This document shows, piece by piece, positions 20,101-29,100 of a stretch of 64,000 nucleotides of DNA. The first letter of the stretch is position 1; every line of letters starts with the position of its first letter. The notes beneath the pieces are model-generated. The model saw only the letters and a program-made list of their open reading frames with translations. It did not search any database and had not been told where the DNA came from. The stretch is taken from positions 30,530 through 94,529 of the forward strand of contig JBBTRC010000005.1 of assembly GCA_038065355.1 (NCBI GenBank). Reading direction: 5' to 3'. The DNA is from Patescibacteria group bacterium (GTDB lineage: Bacteria > Patescibacteriota > Minisyncoccia > Phycocordibacterales > UBA918). The translations under genes were made by a program, and so were the position numbers.

Positions 20101-23100
20101 CCACTTATGGTCGTGGTACTTGTAAATACCGGCGTAGTGGTGCCAATATCTATGCCATCACCGAGTTGTAAGTTGTAGAAAGTCCAAGGGCTCGTGCCGC
20201 CGAGAGTGTTGGTGTTGGCAATCGTCGTCGTACCAGCGCCAAAGGAAAGTATGCCGTTACCGCTTAATGAGCCGTTTTGAAGCGTAATGTCACCAGTACC
20301 GGTCACCGTGCCGGCAGTAAGCGTGAGGTCGCCATTGGTCACAATGTCTGCCCCCACATTCCAACTGCCCCCACTTCCGTTGAATTCAAGCTCGTTGAAT
20401 GCAATCGTACTGCTCGCGGTGATGCTCTTGCCGGAACTGGTAGCGTTCATATGCACCGTCGTACTGGCCGCGTCAAAGGTGGCGCCGTTTTCAAGCACGA
20501 GGCGGCCGCCAATAGTGAGGGTGCTGGTGCTATAGGCGTTCATAGTCGCATTCTCACCTAGGTACAATGTGCCGTCATAACTATTGGCGGCCGCGTTTGC
20601 TGCCAAAGTAACAACCCCATTCGGAGTAAACGTAGATGACGCAAAGACAAAAAGTTCAGTTCCAGCCAGCGTAGTGAGTGTGTTGGGGTTTGAAGTAGTG
20701 GCGGCCAAATAGCGCAGGTCGGTGTCGTTTGAAAAATCATACGTAGCCAAGTTGGCAATGGTAAGTGCTTCGGTATCTTCGTTCCGCACTATCACGCGGT
20801 TGACGTAAATATCCAAGTCGGTAATATCAGCGGTCGGTGTGCGGGTCACTACGCTACCCCGCTCATCACCAGAGGCGTCATCAAGATAGATGGTGAGCGT
20901 CGGGTCACCCACTATCACAATTCCCCCGATGCTATAGGTGCCGTCGACGTTGCTACAACTGCCAGTGTAGGATGCTCCGTTTTCGACTACCACCCGCACA
21001 ACCTGATCGACTCCGTCACAAGTGCCACCGACAAGTGGAGTGGTGCCCGCGTCGCTGTAAACCGTTCCGGCAACCGTAATGGCAAGCGAACTGTCATCAA
21101 AACGGACCGAACCAGGGTCGCCAGTGTCGTTGTCAAAATTTTCTCCATACAAATTGCCGCTTCCCTCTCTAAACCACCAGAATGAGGTTGGGGCGCCGTC
21201 AGTTTGGGCTACGTTAGTAGCAGAAATTGCCGTCGTAGTGGCAAAGTTCACATTGAAAATCTGCTTTGCCGGATTGGCATTAATGGTAGTTGAGGAGAGT
21301 GTGATCGCGGTGCCGCCACCTGCCGCGACCGTGTAGGAACCATCACGTAAATTCGACACATAGGTACCTCCAAGTAGAGATAGGCCAGAGAGACCGAGGT
21401 CAGTAAATTCGTAATATTGTGCCGTGGTGGTTCCGCCTGTCACCGCTACCGTGTAAGTACCAGTACTTTGATTTCTGATTGTGGTTGATGCGGTACTAGT
21501 ACCTGTGATGGAGAGCGTGCTATCGGTGAATGACGCAGTCGCATCAGAGGCAAAGCGTACGTCGATCGCTCGCTCGCTTCCACCTGCGAGCGAGGCGCCA
21601 TCAAAGTCGGTGGCGTAACTCCAGTGCTCAGTGCCGCTTGTCCGCGTGTAATCACCGAAAATGTAGAGGTCGCCGTCTACCGCTCCGTGATCTTGCGAGT
21701 AGAGTGCGCCGCCGCTTTGGGTAGAGTAGGTCGTTGCCGACGAGTACCACATCGCCACCTGTGTACTCGTGCCGACGGAAATGGTGTGATAGGCATCGCC
21801 GTTATCAACTTTAGAGTTGAGACTGTAGGAACCTGATCGGAGCGCGAGCGTCGCACCAGTCCAAGTAGTCGATGCGCCGCCGACGTTGTTGGTAAAAGTT
21901 GCTCCGACAGAAAGAGTTTGGCTCGGTGCGAGGGTAAAATCACTGGCGTTTGTTAAAGCAAAGCTGTTGGTAGTAGTCGCAGGCGCAGCTATCGTCCAGC
22001 CACCCGTCATACTATTGAAAGTAACGTTGTAGAGAGCAGAGTTACCAAAATCAACGATCTCGCCCGCATCGGTTGAATTAAAGAGGATGGTTCCAGAACC
22101 CGGCAACACCGAGGCGGCGTTTTGGTACGAGCCGCCAAGCGCGAGGGTGGCGCTTGGCAAAGAAAGCGTGCCTTGTGCGATGAAAAGGTCACCAGTCATG
22201 GTGGCAGTGGTGTCACTAAACGACCACGAACCAGAGCCATCAAATTGGACAGAATGATACGTCGAGCCGCCGGTTGTGAGAACTTCCGCAACGCTACTAT
22301 AAAACAAGAGAGTGCCGGTGCCGCCAGCAAAACTGCCGCCACCGTCAATGAGGGTACCGCCAATAGCAAACACGCCGGCTGGAAAGTTCAACGTCCCTTG
22401 CAAGACTCGAACGTCGTTCGTGCTGGTAGCGTTGATATCAAGTACAGTCCAACTGCCACCACCGTTGAAGGTGAGGTTGTTGGCCACATTGGTGAAGGTG
22501 CCGCCAGCAAAGGTGAGTGTCTCGGCGGCGTTTGAAGTGAAGTACAGGGTTCCGTTATTGTGTGCAAAGGTGCCGCTTGTTACTAGGAACGATCCGCCGA
22601 CGGTGGTCGTGGCAGTCGGAAGCGTAACCGTACCGGCCGTTACTTGTACATCGTTGCTCGCGTGGAGCGTCGGTTCTGTAAATGACCAACTACCGCCACT
22701 GCCATTGAAGGTAAGATCGTAGAATGCATCGCCGGCAGTGGTAATCGCGTGCGTAGAACTCGTGGCGGCAAACCTCACTTCGCCCGAGCGAGAAACGAAA
22801 TTGTTTTGGTTGTTCCATCGTCCATACACGGTGATATCGAAGTTGCTGGTTGAGGCGTCGAGCGTGTCGTTGGCACCAATTGTGATCGACTCGGCTGTTA
22901 CTGTGCCGGCCAGAGTGACTATTTTTGAAGTACCATCGACCACTACGTGACCGACATTCTGTTTCACTACATTCTGATCATTCCAAGTTGATGCTGTATT
23001 GCCGTCAAAAGTGGTGGTACCGATTCCCGTCCAAAAACCGCTAACGCCTGTGACTACGTTGCCTGCAACTGTTATCGCAGTCGTGCCACGTGCGAGGGTG

Positions 23101-26100
23101 CCTCGATTGACCGATAGGTTGCCATCAACATCAAGCGCGGTAAGCGGTGTCCAGGCACCACTACCGGTCGTCGTACCAAACGTGAGATTCGCGAAGGTGG
23201 TGTTAACGGCTCCAGTGTTGTCAATTGTTTCTGATGTGCTGGTGGCCGAAAACACAACCGTCGATCCGGTTAGTGTCGTCGTGGCGTTGTTGTCCCATGA
23301 ACCATTCACCTCGTGTGTGTACGAACCGGCGACAAAGATACCGTTATTTTCAAAATCATGAGTGACAAAGCGGCCGCCCGGTGTGTAGTACGTATCGGCA
23401 AGGATGTGGAGTTCCACATCTGTACAACCGCCACCGGCACACAATGAAAGGGTTGACCCGGAGAGGTCAAAGAAAACATCTTCGGTGTTTGTGAAATCGT
23501 AGAGACCGATATCGGCATCTGTGAGCGGAGTGGTAGTAGCATCGTTTGAACCGAGCGTGAGATGCCGCTCGTAGAGTACCATGCCATCAATATCACCTTG
23601 ACCATCGTACCTGGTCACGCCAACCGCCTCGTTTGCATCTGGCGCCGAGGTGACAAACACACTAACCACGTCGCCGGGGAAAGCGGTGACATTACTTATG
23701 CTCCAAGTGCCGCCGCCGACAGTGCCGGTCTTACCTGTCTGCAACACACCATTGACTGCAACCGCTACTGTGCCGCTCGTCACCGCTGTCGCTTGGTCAT
23801 ACTCGGCGATGGTGCCTGAAACGGTAATACCGCCCGCCCAGTCAATTTTCCAATCTGAAATGCTGGGGCAATTGCCTGACCCGTCGCAAGCAAGTTCAGC
23901 GTACGGACGAATGACATTGTAAGTATTGGTATTGAGATTACTAAGATCAAACGGCCCGGTTGTGGTACCGGCGACGTTACCCGGGAGATCTGCGTCCGGA
24001 ATAAAAGCCCAACTACCAGTCGCGGTGTAGTACTCTAGATGGTAACTGGCTACACTCGTACCTGGCGTGGCGTCATTCCACGAAAATGAGTCCCAGTAGG
24101 GGCCAGTCCCATCATTGAAATCTAGAGCCGGACTCACTACCGTCGTACCCTCACGACCGGGGTTGCGCGGAGCGAGAGAATAAGGATGGCCGAAAGGCGA
24201 AGTGTCAACTGACGCGTTTGTTTCAAGAGCTGAGAGGCTTGACCAGGTCGTGCCGTTCCAGGTGCTCGCTTGGTACGTATCAGATGGATCGTCAAAGAAG
24301 ACGCCGAGAATGGTGTTGTCGCCCGCTCGCGCCAACTGCAAAGTTGCGTTGTCACCGAGCGTGTCAACATTGCTGATCGACGACCAGGTGCTGGCGTTGT
24401 AAGTGAAGTAGCCAACTGCCGTAGTCGTACTGATGGCAGTCATGATGTAGCCGTTTCTGCCAGTGGTGTCTTCATACACGCAATCAAAACCCGGGTCTGT
24501 TTTGGCATTTCCATTGGCATCAGTCACTAACTCGGTTTGTCCGGCCCACGCCGAACCCGTCCAACGTACCACCCCCGCCGCCGTATCTTCATCCTGGTAA
24601 CAAAGAACCATCGCGTCACTGCCCACATCCCTCGACAACCGGGCCCACTCAAGATCATCACCAATGGCTTCTGTGGCGGCGGTCCCCCAAGTCGTTCCGT
24701 TCCAACTGTTCCAACGAAAACGAGCCGGATTGCCGTCTGAGGTCACAATGAGCGCTTGACCGCCGCTCTCTTCATACATAACCGCCATACCCTCATGAGC
24801 AGTGTCAACGATACTTCCCTGCGTCGTGGCATTACCCCAGCTACTGCCGCTCCAGACTTGAGCCTCATACTGGTTGCCAGCAGCATCCCGGGCCAGGAAG
24901 ACTATTTCGTCCGAAGTTGGGTCGGCCGCCAGCTGTAACCATTCACAATTGCTGGTGCTGTTGAGGTTAATCGTGCCACCGCTCGTCCATCCGGACCCGT
25001 TCCATATATAGTAGCTTGGGTCTGCGTCACCGTCACAGTACGCTACCAGGGCATCACCAGAGTTCGTTTCGTAGGCGATGTCAAAACCTTGCGCATTTAT
25101 GTTGCCGACGTTAGTTGTTAGTTCAAGCAAGTTAGCCCATTCGCCCGTCGCAAAAACTTGCACGTTCACGTCGGCGTCAGACCCGGCAGTGGCGGCCACA
25201 TATTCTTCCCTGGTGGCGCCTGCCTCTACCACTACCCTGCGGAGAGGCGCGCCGATATCAAGAAGGGTGCCTTCACTGCCCCAAAGAGAGCCGTCCCATT
25301 GCCGATAACGAGGCTGTGTCTCCGTACCCTCTCCATATACCAACATCGCCTCAGTGGCTGTGGTTGCCACCGTCACGGTATCGTTCGAAAGCGCAATAGT
25401 TCCTGAGAGAATATTAGAATCAAATTGCTCTTCTGTAGTTTGAAACCAGGTCGAAACGTCCGTGCCCGGTACCATAGTAAAACTTCTCGCTTCAGTCCAA
25501 AATGAGTAGGCATCGTCACCAGTCGTGTCTTTGGCCCGTACCCGCCACCAGTACGTTGTCGAGCCTGATAGTGCGTCTGCCGGCTGAATCGTAAATTGAA
25601 TCGTCTCGCCAGAATTAAATGGATCGGTATCCAGACCGGTGTCGATATTGGTAAATCCAGCAGCCGTGTCGGAGGTCCGGGTGGTCGAGGAAGTAAAATC
25701 GGGCGTAAGCGACCATTGAAGTTGATACGTGAGACTATCGTTTTGCGGATCGGCGGTTGTAAATTCAAATGTTGGTGTGGTGGTACCCACTTGCTCGTTG
25801 GCAAATAATTTTGTAATAGTCGGTGTCTCAACTCGATAGCCCCAATTGATGGTCCAGTCCTGGAGCGAAGGCGAACCACCTGAATTTGTAAACGTGGCGA
25901 CGATCCGCAGTACGTTGTACGTGTCGGTATCGAGCGTCAAGAGAGAGACCGGTGAGGTGTCAAAGCCGCTGCTGTTGCCGGTGAGCGCTGAATCCGGCAC
26001 CAACGACCAGGTATCGTCGGTATCCAAATATTCAATCTGGTATTTAATATCGCCGGCGGTTTCGGTGTCAGAGAAAACAAAGTTGTCCCAGGCGGTGCCC

Positions 26101-29100
26101 AAAGCACCATCGTCAAAATCAATCGCTCCACTTATCATGGTGCCAGTCGTCGAACCACTTATGAGAGATACTTGGTCACTGCCTGTCTGTACGCCGCTTA
26201 AGGCATTGGTATCAAATTGTTCGTCTTCGGTTTGAAACCAAGCGGAAGCGGTCAGTGCAGTATCGACGGTTACACTGTAAGTGGTTGACCAATTGCCCCA
26301 GTCTGCGGACCCATCGGGATCTTCAGCGCGCACTCGCCAGTAATAGGTGGTTCCATTTGTGAGTGACGAAGGAGGAATGACTCTGATTAAGTTACCTTGA
26401 ATAAACGGCGCCTTATCGGAGATGAGCACCTGGTTTTCGAAATAGTCATCTTCACTGGCGTTTTGTGTGTCGAGGTCATGAACTGGTGAAGAAAAATCGT
26501 AGTTGTTATCAATTTCAATTTCGTAATGTATCTTGTCACTCTCTGCATCAGTGGCGTAAAACTCAAACCACGGTGTGGTCGATGCGGTTTTTTCATTGTC
26601 AAACGGTGTTTCGAGCACCAGAGTACCTGGCGCGTCATTCGTGTAAATCTGCGGATAGTTTCCGTACGTTGAAAATGCCGAACCATCTCCTTCAACCAAC
26701 CGGAAACAATAATTGGTGCCAGGAACGGCGTTGTTATGTTGAAGTACGAAGTCCCATTCACCAAAGTCGCCGACTGTTATTTGGTTGGGTGTACTGGATG
26801 CGTAGCCATTTTCCTCGTATGTTTCTGCTACGGTGGACGATGCAAGAAGTTGCGACGTGAGCGTTCCGCTATCAGACACGCTGGTGTTGTTGTACCCACG
26901 CCAGAGTGCCGTCGTAGAAGAAATATCCCCCACATCACGCCAACCGCCAGCGGCGCTACAGGTAGCCGCCGCGGCGTATTGCAGTGTAAACGTCGAACCA
27001 GCACTTGAAGTCGCGTTTGAAACACTGGTGTTTAGACGCAAGCGAATACGCTCACCTTCCTTGACTGGCGTTGAAACAGCCGTTACTGGTTCGTTTTCAG
27101 CTAGATCACTAGCCCCACTTGGCCAAGGATCAGTGGGAACTTGCGCATTGTTGTTTACATACCACCGAAATGCTTGTTCTGTATAGACAGGATCAGTACC
27201 TTGCCGCTTACCAAAGACCACAGTGAGATAAGGCGGCAAGTGGCTGACTGTACTGAAGCTGTTGACATTAACCGAGTGCGTGTGGGCACCGCTCGCACCG
27301 GCGGTACCGCCTGGCTGGTTTCCGGGTGAATTGGCGCTCGGAGCACTCGAAGTGATACCGGTCACATCTGCATTTGTGTGGGTGTTTTGTCCTCCAGTTG
27401 CACTGAAGGTTGTTGATGCTTTGAGGAAACGCTGGTTGAACGGATCGCCGGAAAGCGAAGATATATCCAGCCAGCTGCCATCAACTTCTTCAGTCCACAT
27501 AGCGATGAGTCCGTTTGGCGGTGTGGTCGTCGCGTCGAGTTTACCGAGAATGACCTCGATGTAGCGCGGTTCGGTACTCGTTGAAGCTGTCGAACCGCCA
27601 ACTGTGTGCGTGTGCGTACTAAGCGCACCGGTTGCGGCGCCGCCACCACGGTTGCGGGTGCCAGTGCCGCCAGCTGTGCCGGTTGTACCACTAATTGCGT
27701 GCGTGTGAGTATTCCCGCCGCCGGTTGTACCGGGAGTATTTCCACCGTAGATGTAGTAACCGTCCTGTGCGCTGTATCTTGTCCAGCCGCTCGGAACGGT
27801 TGCGTCAAAGATACCAATGGCGCCGGTCGGAATGTCGGTCGGTTCACCAGCCGCGTCGGTGTACTGAATGACGCGCAACTCGCGATACGCCGGCAAGTTG
27901 GACGCGCTCGCGATAGTCGGCGAGTAGGTATGCGTATGAGCGACCGGAGCAATTGTGCCGGAACCGGATTCGGTGCTCGCAAGCGTGGTGGCCAAAACCG
28001 AGCCCACCGCCGTGTGCGTGTGCGTTGTCGCTCCGCCAGTCGTATTGTAGGTGGAGCTACCGTAGGCGAAGCGCTGGTAAAAAGTCCCAGACCCGCAAGA
28101 AAGACACGTCCAGCCAGTTGGAATCGCCGAACCGTTATCCCAAAATAGGATCATGTTGCCGACGGCATCGGAAGCAATTTGCCACTGCCGGTGCTCTAGG
28201 AACGAAGCGGCGGTCGGCTCCGCTGAAGTCGCTGTTGATGTTCCGCTGACAACAGTCGGTGACTGATTATCGTTTATGAGTTCGGCTGGTCCGAGGTTGT
28301 AAAGATAAGGGGACAAGTCGGGTGCATCAAAATCATACGAGACCGTTTCAGCACCCGCACCGAGAATCGAAATGTCCCAGGTCAGTATTTTTTCGTTGCC
28401 GGTTTGCGTGATGGTCGCATCGGTGTTAAATACGTCAAACTCTGCCGGAATACGTTCGGTCAGTGTACCGGTAAAAGAGCGGTTCGTTTCCACCGTGAGG
28501 TTCATCGGGTAAGGAGCGGGTGGGTAAATGCGAGTTGGACCATCGCGCAAAATTGCCAGTGGTTGATCATCAGCCACTAAAAATGTATCGGAAGTGAAGG
28601 CTAGTACATTGCCGTTTTCGTCGAGACGTTCCAAGTACAATTCGTAGGTGCCGGGAAGCGTGGTCGGTACTGCGGCACTGAAGTCAGGCACGTCTATCAC
28701 GTTGTTACCGTCACAGAAACCAGACTCGGTTACGGCAGGAACGGTAATGATGCCGGCCGGATCAGTCACGAACAAGTTGAAACTAGCTTGGCAGATAGTG
28801 TGTCCGTTTGGTGAGAGTGCTCCGATAGAGATCTCTGCTGTCTCGCCGGTTTGATACTCGCTTTGACTTGGGTTCATGCTTAAAATTCCCCACGCAAAGC
28901 TAAAGGTGTCGGTAAACACTACGCCGCCCTCATTCAGTGAGAGTTCGACTGCGTAGTTGCCTGGGCGAAGTTTTGCCAGATCCTCGTCTTCAAATTCAAC
29001 AGTGATGAGTCCCTCTTTTGTGGTAGTGATGCGAGGAGAAATACCAATCGGACCTTCGCCCTGGTGTCTAACAAGCACCGACTCTACCGTGACCACGTTG

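Noticed and set aside
27200-28160. Prophage suggested by tail-collar-like repeats
   Set aside because: The repeats are internal to a secreted protein, and no capsid, terminase or integrase genes are present
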